Source: Octopus vulgaris
Taxonomy: Eukaryota
Reading direction: 5' to 3'
DNA: 64,000 bases
Assembly (NCBI GenBank): GCA_951406725.2
Contig: OX597815.1
Location: 50,158,001 to 50,222,000, forward strand
Below the pieces are notes generated by a model. That model did no database searches. It had not been told where the DNA came from and saw only the letters and a program-made list of their open reading frames with translations. Both the position numbers and the translations under genes were made by a program. Each line of letters starts with the position of its first letter. Positions within the stretch are counted from its first letter, which is position 1. Positions 1 through 12,756 of this stretch are shown here, piece after piece.

Positions 1-136
1 TACTAAATCCACTCACAAGGCTTTGGTTGCCCCAAGGCTATAGTAGAAGACACTTGCCTAAGGTACAGCATAATGAGTATAAACCTAGAACCTTGTGGTT
101 AGGAAGCTTCTTACCACACAGCCACACCTGCACCTA
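1..136 (-). mobile_element. SINE family A (tRNA-headed, CORE-like), 5' part, cut by the window edge
   Basis: Reverse complement matches the head of the copy at 12757-13170 (gtggctgtgtggtaag...ggcaagtgtcttctactatagcc...gccttgtgagtggattt). Confidence 0.8.
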
Positions 137-150
137 TAAATAAAACACTT

Positions 151-221
151 TGGAAATGCTGGGGTTCGAACCCATGACCTTTCACATGCAAACAAATGCT
201 CTACCACTGAGCTACCTCCAC
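151..221 (-). pseudogene. Degenerate tRNA-Ala(UGC) gene or pseudogene
   Basis: Minus strand reads GTGGAGG-TAGCTCAGTGGTAGAGC-ATTTG-TTTGCAT-GTGAA-AGGTC-ATGGG-TTCGAAC-CCCAG-CATTTCC-A. A and B boxes are intact, the anticodon loop is TGC, and TTTT follows a few bases downstream. Acceptor and anticodon stems are mismatched. Confidence 0.7.
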
Positions 222-792
222 TGAGAATTATAATGAGGTGGTGAATTGACAAATGTGTTAGTAGACTAATCAGCTAAATACCCTGCAGTATTTAATGATG
301 AGGCTTTTACATTTCCATCATTCATGGTTAACTTTGATATTCATCCTTCTGGGATTGATTAAAACAATTACAAACACCAAGCCATAGGTTGATCCTACAT
401 CATCTTCATCATTTGAAGCTATGTATCATGGAAGAAATCAATTTTATTGAACTTACGAATTGAATTCTAGGTAACTTAAAATTTGAGAAAATGGAATTAC
501 TTTTATCACTGGCATTTGAGATTTGTCTCATTTATTTCTGTTGGTTGATTTACTGTTTTAAGACACACGCTTAATGCAACATAACCAGTCTATGAACTGT
601 GGACATTTAACAGCATATTTATGTTGGTGTGGGGTGTAGTATCAACTAAACACTTAAACACTAGTAACTAAATATATAATTTTCAAGTTTTTTTAAGAGA
701 TTGATTTATAAACTTCAGTTAATGATATATACAGAACTGTAGAGCATAAAATAAATCTATCATAAAGTTCTCAGTGCATCTGGGTAGCCATT

Positions 793-1040
793 CATCATCA
801 TTATCATCTAACATCCATTTTCCATGCTGGCATGGTTTGGATGGGTTGACAGGAACTGGCAAGGCTAGGGGTCTGCACCAGGATTCCATGGTCCGTTCTG
901 AATTCGTTTATACTGCTGGTTGCTCTTCCAAGCACCAACCACTTTACAGAGTATATTGGGTACTTTTCACATGGTACCATCACCAGTGCTTTTTATGTGA
1001 CACCAGCAACCACACCAATGCTTTTTTACATGACACCTTG
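793..1040 (-). mobile_element. RTE-type LINE/SINE 3' end with (CAT)n/(ATG)n tail
   Basis: catcatcattatcatc...ccattttccatgctggcatggtttggatgg...aggaactggc. Same family as 56536-56730 and 57023-57657, where it joins RTE coding sequence. Confidence 0.6.
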
Positions 1041-1048
1041 GTTGTAGG

Positions 1049-1212
1049 AACGACGGGTTTCTTTCAGTTTCTGTCTACCAAATCCACTCACAAGGCTTTG
1101 GTCGGCCCAAGGCTATAGTAGAAGACACTTCCCCAAGGAGCCACGCAGTGGGACTGAACCCAGAACCATGTGGTTGGTAAGCAAGCTACTTACTCCACAG
1201 CCACTCCTGTGT
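1049..1212 (-). mobile_element. SINE family A, 5' half
   Basis: Close reverse-complement match to 12757-12920. Confidence 0.85.
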
Positions 1213-2330
1213 CTAAGTATGTTTCATACTTCAGTTTTTTTTTTTATGCATAACTCAGTGATATTTCATGGATATAAAGTCGACACTACTGATTAAATTT
1301 GTAAAAATTAATAATAAACAAAAATATTTGGAAGTCTTAACTTTAAAGCTTGAACCTTGTTAGTGGTTGTTGGGAGAGAGGGTGGGGTGGAGAGTGGAGG
1401 TAGGAGGTTCTCTATGAAATTTTTATGTGAATGAATTTATGTCTGAGTATCAGAATAGTGTGACCATATGACAAAAGAGAAGACAATGGATGATAATATT
1501 CAAATTTTAAAAAGTAATTATAATAATGGTGGACATGAAGGTAGGGAGGATGGTAAGTGTAAACATATGAAAAAGAAGAGGAATCAAAATAATCTAATTT
1601 TTTGAAAAAAACGCTATAAAACAAATTTTATTCTTTATAACTACTCTGAAGTGATGATCTTGAGGATATTTCAAAAAAATCTTTCAGCTCTAAGTAGCTA
1701 AACGAATGGTGAATATGTTAATAACCTTTCTTAGATCTGTTATACAGGGAAAAGAAGAAAAAAAATAAAAAACAGAGGAAGATGAAAATGTAAAAAATGA
1801 AGACAAAGAGAAAGAGGTGAGGTGTAATCAGTTAAAGCAAATTAACTGTTTTTTGGGTGCTTTTCTTTTTGTTTTGTTTGTTTTTTTTTTGCTTTTTACT
1901 TTATTTTTATTTTTGCTAAAGAAAGACTTAACCCTGTTTATTATTTCCTGTTGAATCTTCCCTTTTATCTCTGAAGCACAGAGTCTACAATGGACCATGT
2001 AATGGCTAATAGGCGTATCAGTAAATGCAAAACTAAGACTTCCTTTTGCAATGAACATCATTAAAGCAATCCAATTAGCTGAGAGAAGAGGCCACAAGTA
2101 ATATAGAAGATTATTGAAAGATAATGTTGCAAATAACCTCCTATAAAGGTGTATCTTTTCCTCCTTTGTTCTTTTATGATTGTTCTCATTGCTGTTGTTT
2201 CATGCTTAAGAGGTATTCACCCATTGCCCTTTCTTTTATTCTCTTAATGTTATTTTTTAGTCATTGGATTGTGGCCATTCTGGGGTACCTCCTTCAAGGG
2301 GTTTTGCCACTCTTCATATTTTTCATCAAT

Positions 2331-2964
2331 AGGTGCAGGTGTGGCTGTGTGGTAAGGCGGTGGCTGGCAGAAGCATTAGCATATCAGGCAAAATGCTTAG
2401 CGGTATTTCGTCTGCTGCTATGTTCTGAGTTCAAATTCTGCCAAGGTCGACTTTGCCTTTCATCCTTTCAGGGTCGATAAATTAAGTACCAGTTACGCAC
2501 TGGGGTCGATGTAATCGACTTAATCCCTTTGTCTGTCCTTGTTTGTCCCTTCTATGTTTAGCTCTTTGTAGGCAATAAAGAAATAAGAAGCTTACTTCCC
2601 AAACACATGGTCTTGGGTTCAGTTCCACTGCATGGCACCTTGGGCAAGTGTCTTCTGCTATAGCCACAGGCCAACCAAAGCCTTGTGAGTGGATTTGGTA
2701 GATGGAAACTGAAAGAAGCCTGTCGTATATATGTGTACATATATCTATGTGAGTGTGTCAGCATTTATCCCCTCCACCATCACTCGAAAACTGACGCTGG
2801 TGTGTTTTTGTCCTTGTAACCTAACAGTTCAGCAAAAGTGGCTGATAGAATAAGTACTAGGCTTATAAAGAATAAGTTCTGGGGGCGATTTCTTCAACTA
2901 AAACCCTTTAAGGTTGTGCTCCGGCATGGCCGCAGTCAAATGACTGAAATGAGTAAAAGAATAA
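2331..2964 (+). mobile_element. SINE family A, full length, interrupted by a Nin-domain SINE at 2356-2587
   Basis: The head gtggctgtgtggtaag resumes as aagcttacttcccaaacacatgg after the insert and ends in gcatggccgcagtcaaatgactgaaatgagtaaaaga. Confidence 0.85.
2356..2587 (+). mobile_element. SINE family B (Nin/Deu-domain-like)
   Basis: Contains ggtcgactttgcctttcatcctttcagggtcgataaattaagtaccag, resembling the Nin-DC/Sauria-SINE domain, and a B-box-like gagttcaaattc. Multiple copies occur in the window. Confidence 0.8.
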
Positions 2965-3676
2965 CAGAATAGCAAAATATTTATATTTATGAAATGACAT
3001 TGAGCTGTGCAATCCAAATCTAGCACTTCTTTTATCAATCCAATTTGCCAAGTTGTTGGGTTAAAGGACATAAAAATAAGCACAGGCATGGATACACACA
3101 CACACATGTACATAGATTTACCTTCATATGTACACACATATGCCCACATACATATGTATAAATATGTGCATGTACACATGCATAAGTTTATGTGTGCATA
3201 TATGTGTGAACGTTTGAATGCATATGATATGAATATACAAAGAGTTTTATTTACCAAATTTCACTCACAGAGTCAAACTAAGGCTATAGGAAAAGCTGTA
3301 CATTCAAAATCATATGCTGTGGGACTGACCCAGAAACCAAATGATTATGAAGCAATACCTCCAACTCTTACAGCATGTAATAGAGATCCATACTCAGGAG
3401 AAGAAGCAGGAATATTACCATTTCATTAAAAAAATCAATTTTTCTTGCCAAAAAAGGCTTTAAAACATTTAAGCACCCATTCTTGAATTAAACAATAAAG
3501 TTTGTGTGAAATATTTAGTCTCTTTTTTGTTTTGTTTTTTTGTAAACATTGTTTATTGGTGATTCAAGATGCTAGCTCAGAAAACAGGAAAGAGATACTG
3601 GCCATGAGCATGGTAGCAATAAATACAGCATTAAATTTTTTGAATATTTTATAAATTTAAAATAAGTAAAAATTTT

Positions 3677-4055
3677 TAGGAGTGGCTGTGGGGTAAGTAG
3701 CTTGCTTACCAACAACAAGGTTCCAGGTTCAGTCCCTTGGGCAAGTGTCTTCTACTATAGCCTCAAACCGACCAAAGCCTTGTGAGTGGATTTGGTAGAT
3801 GGAAACTGAAAGACGCCTGTCATATATATGTATATATATATATGTGTGTTTGTGTGTCTGTTTGTACCCCCAACATCGCTTGACAACCGATGCTGGTGTG
3901 TTTACATACCCGTAACTTAGCGGTCTGGCAAAACAAACTGATAGAATAAGTATTAGGCTTACAAAGAATAAGTCCTGGGGTTGGTTTGCTCAACTAAAGG
4001 GGATGCTCCAGCATGGCCACAGTCAAATGACTGAAACAAGTAAAAGAGTAAAAGA
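3677..4055 (+). mobile_element. SINE family A, near full length
   Basis: Head, ccttgggcaagtgtcttc core, internal (TA)n(TG)n and gagtaaaa-repeat tail. Confidence 0.9.
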
Positions 4056-4205
4056 GAGAGTATAAGAAATAATTACAAAACAAAATTCAAAGATACAATA
4101 ATAATAATGTAGTGAAAATCGTTCATTGGGGGTTAAATGGAAAACACAAACTTGGAAGAGCAAGCCAGCAGTATAAACGCAGCCAGAAGTGCTGTAGTAA
4201 GTGGC

Positions 4206-4276
4206 CTTTATGGTACTTTATGGTACAATTTATGGTACTTTATGGTACAATTTGTGGTACTTTATGGTACAATTTG
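4206..4276. repeat. Minisatellite of alternating tttatggtac / tttatggtacaa units (about 22-bp higher-order unit x3)
   Basis: Read directly from the sequence. Confidence 0.85.
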
Positions 4277-5131
4277 ACAATGAAATTGAACACCACAAGC
4301 CAGATACTTGATTGGTACTTATTTTCTCGTGCCACCCACAAAAAAGGGAAAAGAGAAAATCATGTTCACAGGAACTCAAATTTAGAATCCAAAAGTTTAC
4401 AGTGAAATACTGCAAGGCAATCCATTTGACTCTTTAGCAATTCTTCCAAACTGCTGTCTAACATTAAAAGTATACCAATTAATATGTAAAAATGGATGAA
4501 AAGAAAGAACATACTGCATGATGCCTAAAATCAGAAAATCAATATTGAGACAATAGATTTCCTTTTAATATGTATCAAGAACAGAGACTAATGTGATTGA
4601 TTCTTGAAGAAAAGGACTAGAAATTATAGAATAACAGGTAATAGATGTCACATTTGGATGTAACAGTCAAGCAAGAAAGTCAGAGATCCACAGAAAGAGC
4701 ATTCTAATATCAGAGAAAGCTCTGTCAACATATTTTGGGGATTTAAAATGATGTAATGTCTAGTTTAAGTGCTAGTAAATCCTTAACATGAAAGAAGTTG
4801 AAAATAGCAAAAGAAGAGATGTTATGATGACATTTTTATATCATTAACAGAATTATGAAAGAAATTCTTGGAATATTGCAAAATACGTCTTGTATAGCAG
4901 TTCTTGATTCTATAAAAATTGCACATATTGAAAAGGCGTAGTGTTGTATTCTAAAAACATAGTCAGTTGATGCTTGACTAGCTTATATCAATAAAGAATT
5001 TCACATATCCAGCCTAGAGTAAATTTATCAATGTATGAAACTTAACATAATGAAACAAGAAAAAGAATCTAGGAATGCTCATAAATACATACATGCACAT
5101 AAATATATTTATACACACACATTTATGTGGG

Positions 5132-5162
<31 letters not shown>

Positions 5163-5554
5163 TAATTATTAAGTCAAAACAAGTAGTGATATTTGAAATA
5201 ATTTAATATGTACATTTCAGGTTTGCATAATATATAATAGGAAATGCTTCCATTATGCAAGACCTTCCTCAGTCAAAACATTTCACTGATAAGCGTAATA
5301 AATACATTTCCTAGTATATGTTATGCACACCTGAAACGTATTAGATAGTTTTAGAATATCACTATTTGGTTTGATTTCATTACTACAACTAATATGACTT
5401 CAAGCCAATATAAATTACCTGGTCTAAGTTCCACTTAGGCAAGTACTCTAACAATGATTTAGAGCAGTTTTCTACATTTAATTAAAGTCAAAATCCCATG
5501 CACCATGCAGTGCTTCTTTGCGTAACGCAATATATATATGTGTGTGTGTAAATA

Positions 5555-5585
<31 letters not shown>

Positions 5586-5625
5586 TATACACGCATAAAT
5601 GTACATATATATAACATGCATATGT

Positions 5626-5960
5626 GGGTACAGGATGTCAAAAGAACATGGAAAACGGGAACATGAAATACGTGAAAAATTAACTTTTTTTGCGAACAAC
5701 GAAAAGAACAAATAGAAAAACAAAACAGGCAACATAAAGAACAATCCCTTCGTCAGTTGTCCACTGTTTTATCTACTCTGCATTTCAAGTGAAACAGTTG
5801 CTCCTGCACGACAAATTAAATCAAATTTGGGATTTGCAGAGGGTCAAAGTTGGTAACAAACACAGAACCGTGAAAACAAATAGTAAGGGCAGTTAAACCA
5901 TAACGAGGGGAAGTGGTGAACGCTGGAGGAATAAGCTTTGACAGCAGACAGACAAAAATA
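5626..5960. mobile_element. Dispersed repeat fragment, possibly Penelope-associated
   Basis: gggtacagga...cccttcgtcag...aaacagttgctcc...aaatttgggattt is shared with 30775-31000 and partly with 12100-12330. Both of those copies abut GIY-YIG remnants. Confidence 0.5.
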
Positions 5961-6276
5961 CATATCACAGAACAGAACTTTTTTAGAAGTAACAGTTTAG
6001 ACTTCATGTACAAAGTTTTTTCATAATAATTTACCCCTCAAAGATCACTTTCAGATCAAAGGACGTAATCTAGAAAAGTTTGATTCATTCAATTTCTGTT
6101 GATGGATGCAGATATTATATGATCTTCAGAAAAATCATAATAGCTGAGCTGCTGCAGAATATATGAGTTATATAAAGATCTTGAGTCCTAGAACGTGAGA
6201 GAATAGGAACAATATGAATTATATTAATAAGAACTTGTATTTCTCTTTAGTACTTTTTAGCCATCATACCTAAGAG

Positions 6277-6392
6277 GGCATGTGGCCTAGTGATTAGGTG
6301 CTGCACTCACAATCATCAAGTTGGGGATTCGATTCTTGGACTCGGTGGTGTGTTGTGTTCTAGAGCGAAGCACTTCATTTCACACTGTTCTA
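6277..6392 (+). mobile_element. SINE family C (tRNA-headed), 5' fragment
   Basis: ggcatgtggcctagtgattagg...ggattcgattc...ttgtgttctagagcgaagcacttcatttcac, homologous to 29789-30057. Confidence 0.6.
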
Positions 6393-7736
6393 GAGCTGTA
6401 TGAAGACTGGTATGTCAATGAAGAGATCCAGTGTTTCCTCTGCATGCCATAAAAAGTGACTGTAAGACGTTGATATAAGACTTACACTCCTACCTCATAA
6501 ACCCTCACCAACAATGACTACTCAAACAGACTCATGGGCTGGAGGATTACCACTCGAGTGGTGCAGAAGTGTCACCTACCAGGAGTAGAAGGAAATCGCC
6601 AACAAATAGTGGATGCAACAATGTGCTGTTACAGTGCATACCCCCATACTTCTAATACATCTAAGAATATATTGGAAAACTCTCTTTAACATAGTATTCT
6701 TATAGTTTGTTCTTCAATGATATTTAGGAAAACTCAACCAATTGCATTTAAATATATAATTAAAGTTATTCCAACCGAGCTGTATCTCTTCTCATTATTG
6801 TCAAATCATAAAGAATGAAAAAGAATCTCAGTGAAGATTTCATTTTCTTTTTGATGCATGATTAAAAGACAGTTATTGAAATACCTAAATAAAAATGCAG
6901 ATCATTAAGGTAACTTGTTCTCTTAATTAACTTCTTTTGTGTTTTAGGTAAAGATGTATATGTGACAAAAGTCTGTATTTGTCCTTTTTCTCAGCTCACT
7001 TTTGAAACTTAAAATATTTTTCTACATTAGTTGAGTAGAGAATGAGACAATTGGATCATAGTTCCCTAGAAGCTATGATCTACTGCTCACACACACATAC
7101 ATATATGCATATGTATATTTATATATGTGTGTATATGCATGTGTGTGTGTGTACATGTGTGTGTATATATATATATATATAGGGAGAGAGACACACACAT
7201 ACACACACATTCCTGGCAACTGATAAATACATATTAATTGCTAGTAGAGACACTGTATTTTGTTTCATATATATATTTAGTTTTATATTCATGCAAGTAT
7301 CCTGTTTACTCTTTCTAGCTTAAATGGCAATAAATATGTTGACAAAACAAAAAATTAAGAAAAATCAAAAACTTCATCTAATGGGCACTCAGTATATTTT
7401 GCAACATTTAGGTAAAAATGAAATGCAAGTTGGTCAGCTCATGAAAACTTAAATAAGTCAATCAGCTAAGAAATCACAAATGAGACAAAAACTAAACAAT
7501 TAATTTTAGCAAATAGTAATTTAAACATCATAACCATTTGCTGACTCTTATTATTATAAATTTCACCATATCCTTTAATGTTCTTCAAACAATAGATACC
7601 AGAGACAATGATTTTATGGCCTTCGTATTTTCAAAGTGAATACACATGATTAGGTACAAGTATATTAAGAAACCAGGATATATGAAAAAGAAAAATGTTT
7701 GCACATCTTGCCATTCTTTTTCTTCTGATTATTATT

Positions 7737-7930
7737 AAGGCAAGGAGCCAGAAGAATCTTAAACATGCTGGACAAAATTCTTAGCATAATTTTGTCCATC
7801 TTTACATTCTGAGTTCATAGTCTACCAAAGTCAGCCATGCCTTTTATCCTTTTAGGGTCAATAGAATAAGTACCAGTTGAGTACTGGGGTTGATGTAAAC
7901 ATCTTAGCTTCTCCCCTATAGCAGAAAGAA
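7737..7930 (+). mobile_element. SINE family B, degenerate
   Basis: acattctgagttca...gccttttatccttttagggtcaatagaataagtaccagttgagtactgggg. Confidence 0.65.
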
Positions 7931-8582
7931 TTATTACTACTAATATGATTATCGTTATACTATTATTGTTGTTGTTGTCACTGTCTACTTAGAAATAAAA
8001 AGGAAAACCATGCATGTCCCAAATTGAATACTTTACCTGTCCAGGAATATATAAAATGTAGAAGGTAGCAAATCATTTTTACGTATAAGAAAGGAATAGT
8101 TTCATTTTTTTTTTAAGCTGTTTTTTAAATCTTAAAAAAAAGAACTATTTCATTTGATACATTTGTAAAATTAATCCATTTAAATGCTATTTGAACTTGT
8201 TATGCGTACATTTACTTTAAATAATTAACACCAAAAGGAGATGATATCATTTCAGAAATAAATTGTTTAATTTAAGCTACATTATAAAAGAATAAGTTAT
8301 TTAATTAGAACATGTCAATGAGGGATGATATAAATTTTAAGCAATCTTTTCATCTTAGAAATTTGCCCAAACCTGAAGTAATAATTTAATTTTTTTTTCT
8401 ACCTGATTCTTGGAGTTGCCAAGCAAATTGTTATCAAATCATATTTCACAAATTCAATTTTTATAAACATTAGATTTGATGCATTTAATATTTATGTAAT
8501 TGATAGAATTGCAATGCTGCAGGAGCACCTATGTTGCAATAAATAATGCTGCTGTTGGAAACACATTCCATGTGATTTGAGA

Positions 8583-8614
<32 letters not shown>

Positions 8615-9858
8615 AAAGAACCAACAATACAATATAGATATTTGTATGGTATTTGAAAATATATATGTATGTGTATTTGTGTCTGTAAATGTCTATGTGC
8701 ACATGCATGTGTGTTAATGTGTGATTACATATATATGTACATCAGCATAAGATTTATGTATGTGTATATAAAACAATAATATTGATGATAAATTAATAAC
8801 ATTAACCACATGAATATTTAAGACAAATTATTTCCAGAAGGGGTTTTTGCTTTTACAGCAAAAGGAAAATAAATTATGACTGACTGACAATCTTATCATC
8901 ACCAAATTAGAGAATAATTTTCATATTGTTACTCTAATTATTAGTGTCATTGTTAGAACAATCATCATAACAATTATATAAACTGTAAGTAGTTTTATTG
9001 CAAAGCCAAAGGCAGCTTAATTCTTTTGACGTTGTTAATAACACAATCAGTTTTTGCCTAAAACTAATCATTTAAAAAAATTCTTTTAATCTCTACAAAT
9101 TAGAATCTATTTAGATATTTTTCTCTTTTCTTTACCAATAATGATTTAATAACTAGAAGTATATTTAAAGAAATATAAAACAAATTAGGCAAACAAAGTG
9201 AATTATGAGCATATTTATTGTATTTTAATAGCGCTATATAAAGCTCTTGAGAAGTTTCACCTCTAACACTGCATCCAAATGGCATTTAGATGTTTTGTAT
9301 TTAATCAAGTGTCATAACAGAGAAATCATTTGCTATACACTTTAATAAAGCAAAAAAAAAAAAAATTTACTAGTGAAAAGGTATTTCTTTACCTGAAATA
9401 CTTAATTAAATTTTTACTGTCTACATTTATGTGATATTCATAGCAGATACTTTTAATTCATTTGAACAGAGATTAGTAGGTTGCAGCCAACTTTATTAAA
9501 TTGACAAGTAACAAAAATAAATTAATGTTTTTATTGTTAACATTTTCATTTAATAAAACTCTTAATTTCTTTTATATTTAATGAAGTTGAAAGATAATAA
9601 GATAAACATAAAATTGAAGACATATTAAGATATGTATGAAAACTCAAGATTCAGAAAGTCATTGATTGATATAATAGGAAACATTTAAAGAAAATGAAAT
9701 CATAAAAACTCAGGGTATTTGTGCTCTTTGAAACTGATATCATAGCTTCAACATGAAGACTAAATACCATCTTTTTTATTCTCAGTCATACATTTCTTTT
9801 ATAAAATAATCATTAGTGACAGAAGCAGTATCAATACTAAAATATAATCTTATAGTCA

Positions 9859-10025
9859 TAGGAGTGGATGTGTGGTAAGTAGCTTGCTTACGAACCACAA
9901 GGTTCTGGGTTCAGTCCCACTGCATGGCACCTTGGGCAAATGTCTTCTACTATAGCCTCAAGCCGACCAAAGCCTTGTAAGTGGATTTGGTAGATGGAAA
10001 CTGAAAGAAGACCGTCGTATATATG

Positions 10026-10057
<32 letters not shown>

Positions 10058-10244
10058 AATATGTTTGTGTATCTGTGTTTCTCCCCCCAACATTGCTTGA
10101 CGACCAATGTTGGTGTGTTCGGCAAAAGAGACTGATAGAATAAGTACTAGGCTTACAAAGAATAAGTCCTGGAGTCGACTTGCTCAACTAAAGGTGGTGC
10201 TCCAGCATGGCCGTAGTCAAATGTCTGAAACAAGTAAAAGAGTA
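9859..10244 (+). mobile_element. SINE family A, near full length
   Basis: Same head, core, internal microsatellite and tail as the other copies. Confidence 0.9.
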
Positions 10245-10806
10245 ACTTAATGTAGATGTATTGCTAGAGCACCAAATAATGCATTATTTACCTTGAGTGT
10301 ACCTTTCATTTAGATGCATGGTGCTTAAAGGCACACATGTATTGCTGGCAGATGACAAGCAACTGCCATGGGTGTCAGAACTGCTAGATCTTGTGATTTT
10401 GATGTACCCTGCTTCTTCAGTAGCAGAACATCTGGTAGCCTCATACAGCCAAATCTCACTGCCCACAATACATGGAATTTCAGTGACTATTCAGGCACTG
10501 AGATCACAAATAGCCAACAGGCTTATTAAAAATAATTATTAATGACAGATCCAACTTAATGTTGATATTTTGTTAGAGAACCAAATAATGCATTATTTAC
10601 CTTGAGTAAACCCCTAAGATGGTGCAAGGTATATAAAAGCACACATTGAAATCACAAAATCTGGTAATTCAGGTGCCTATGGCAGAAGATTCTCCTCAAC
10701 CAACAATATAGATATGCGTGCTTTTATGCAACATGCATCGATACGACAGATACTTTCAAGGTAAATAATGCAGTGTTCAGCTATCTCACAATACATCCAT
10801 GTTAAG
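10244..10806. mobile_element. Foldback/MITE-like element with ~160-bp inverted arms plus an internal partial direct copy
   Basis: 10244-10402 is the reverse complement of 10647-10806, and 10553-10646 repeats the start of the left arm. Shared motif: tgcattatttaccttga. Confidence 0.65.
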
Positions 10807-11299
10807 ATGGATATAAAGATTGCCTTTCTTTTATAGTATTACCAATAATTCTTGACTGGCACACAAATTTAAAGTCATTGCAAGACCTTTTGAAAATAAA
10901 TTGTTTTTACAAAAATAATTGACTATTCAATAGCAACAAGGATTCATGACAATTTAACAATATATAAAACTGGAAATAATTGTTTAAACATAATAATACT
11001 GAAATATTCATATTTTAATGGTACAGTATACCTAAAATTTCAGGCATAACCAAAGTAAAAGAACATTTCCAAATATTCTAACTACATTTTCAAATTTGTT
11101 TAGTATATAAACACAATATAAATTCGTCATAAATATCCATTTTTCTTTGTGGTTGTATGAGCATCTCTCATTGTATGTGTGTATGTGGTGTGTGGTATGT
11201 GTGTGTACATTCAAATACATATGCACGAATATGTGTGTGGGGATAAATATATGTGTTTATGTTTGTGCATACACACACCTATCTATCATCTATCTATCT

Positions 11300-11331
<32 letters not shown>

Positions 11332-12009
11332 CATATGTGTATACGTACGTATGAAATTGGAAAACTGGAAAGATTGTAAAGGCAGAAGAAAGGAAAAAAT
11401 GGTAAGTAGAATGCCTACATCTCAGAATACCAAAGGTTGTTTGCCTGCACTTTCAGCAACTATGTAAATGTATAAAGTTTTGTGGAATGTAAACCTACTT
11501 CCTACAATTATTGTCTGAAAGAAATATGGTAAACATTTTGATAGATAATAAAACACTTTTTATAAATGCCTGAACCTTATCAATGTACTCCAAACAAACC
11601 AAAACCACACTTAAATACTATAGACATTTCTGATTGAATGCAACAGTTCTTATGCCATTTTACTATAAACATGCATGCACAGACATATACATATATAAAT
11701 GTGTGCGTACAAATTCATATATGTGTATATATGTATCTGAGTGTGTATGTATATGCATGATGGGCTGCTGAACAGCTTCACCCTGCAAAAAAAAAAATCA
11801 TGCACGAGGTATTGGTCAACCCAAAGTTATGTAGTGGGATTAAACCAAGATCTATGGGGTTTTAACCACACAGCTATGCCTGTGCCCCTCTTGCAGCTGA
11901 ACATTCATAATCAAATATATGAATAATTCTCTAACGAAAGAAGACATTTAACTATTAATAGAGTGTTAAGTGCTGTTTTATGGACTAATTTTGTGAGTAT
12001 CTATTTATA

Positions 12010-12042
<33 letters not shown>

Positions 12043-12045
12043 GCA

Positions 12046-12092
<47 letters not shown>

Positions 12093-12330
12093 AACCTTTA
12101 CATAAATAAATAACATGAAATACACGAAGGGACGAACAAAAAGACAAACGGGTCATTCAAAGCCTTCATTCTTCAGTCAGAAAATAAGGACAATATGCAA
12201 CTTCATTGAAACAGTCCTTCCCGCAAAGCAAATTAAATAAAATTTGGGATTTTTTGAACAGGGGTAAAAGTGGTAACAAGAACAGGGCAGTAAGAACAAA
12301 ACAAGACAGTGAAAACAATACAAGTAAAAA

Positions 12331-12413
12331 CCACCTCCCCCTGTGGGATGAAGTTAAAATAATAGACAGAGAACACCACTGGAAAATACGAAAACGAAAA
12401 TAAGCAGCACATT

Positions 12414-12450
<37 letters not shown>

Positions 12451-12676
12451 TAATAACAACAATAATAACAATAATAATAACAATAATAATAACATCGAAA
12501 AATACCTTAGAAATGAGAACCCAGGTTCGAAATTTCCCCAAGACACCTGATGAAGGGGCTGGAAAGTACATTAGCTGAAACATTGTGTTAACAACAAACA
12601 GGATGAGGACAAATATCCATCAATTGTAAATAATGTAAATGATGTACATAAGTCCTCATCTCTTAAATACAGAACT
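12331..12676 (+). mobile_element. Penelope-like element 3' remnant: GIY-YIG C-terminus, (AAT)n, pLTR-like tail
   Basis: Translates as HLPLWDEVKIIDREHHWKIRKRK*AAH, a typical Penelope endonuclease C-terminus (W..VKI.DRE..W..R..KEA.H), and is followed by a tail carrying a hammerhead motif. Confidence 0.65.
12542..12589 (+). ncRNA. Minimal (Penelope-type) hammerhead ribozyme motif, degenerate
   Basis: GACAC-CUGAUGA-ag-g-GGCUGG...UUAGCU-GAAA-CA-UU-GUGUU: stem I GACAC/GUGUU, both core boxes, a wobble-rich stem II, and a stem III too short for a monomer. Confidence 0.5.
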
Positions 12677-12756
12677 GTATATATATGTGTGTGTGATTGT
12701 ACAAAAGTTCAGAGAAATACATATATCGGTTAAAATATTAAAAAAAAATTCACACA

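Noticed and set aside
2482-2764. Recurrent peptides such as FFQFPSTKSTHKALV and RRHLPKVPCSGTEP in many ORFs
   Set aside because: They are incidental translations of SINE family A, not a gene family.
6930-9400. AG|GTAAAG juxtapositions (about 6948 +, 8037 -, 9392 -) as recursive splice sites
   Set aside because: They occur on both strands, deviate from AGGTAAGT, and are expected by chance in AT-rich DNA.
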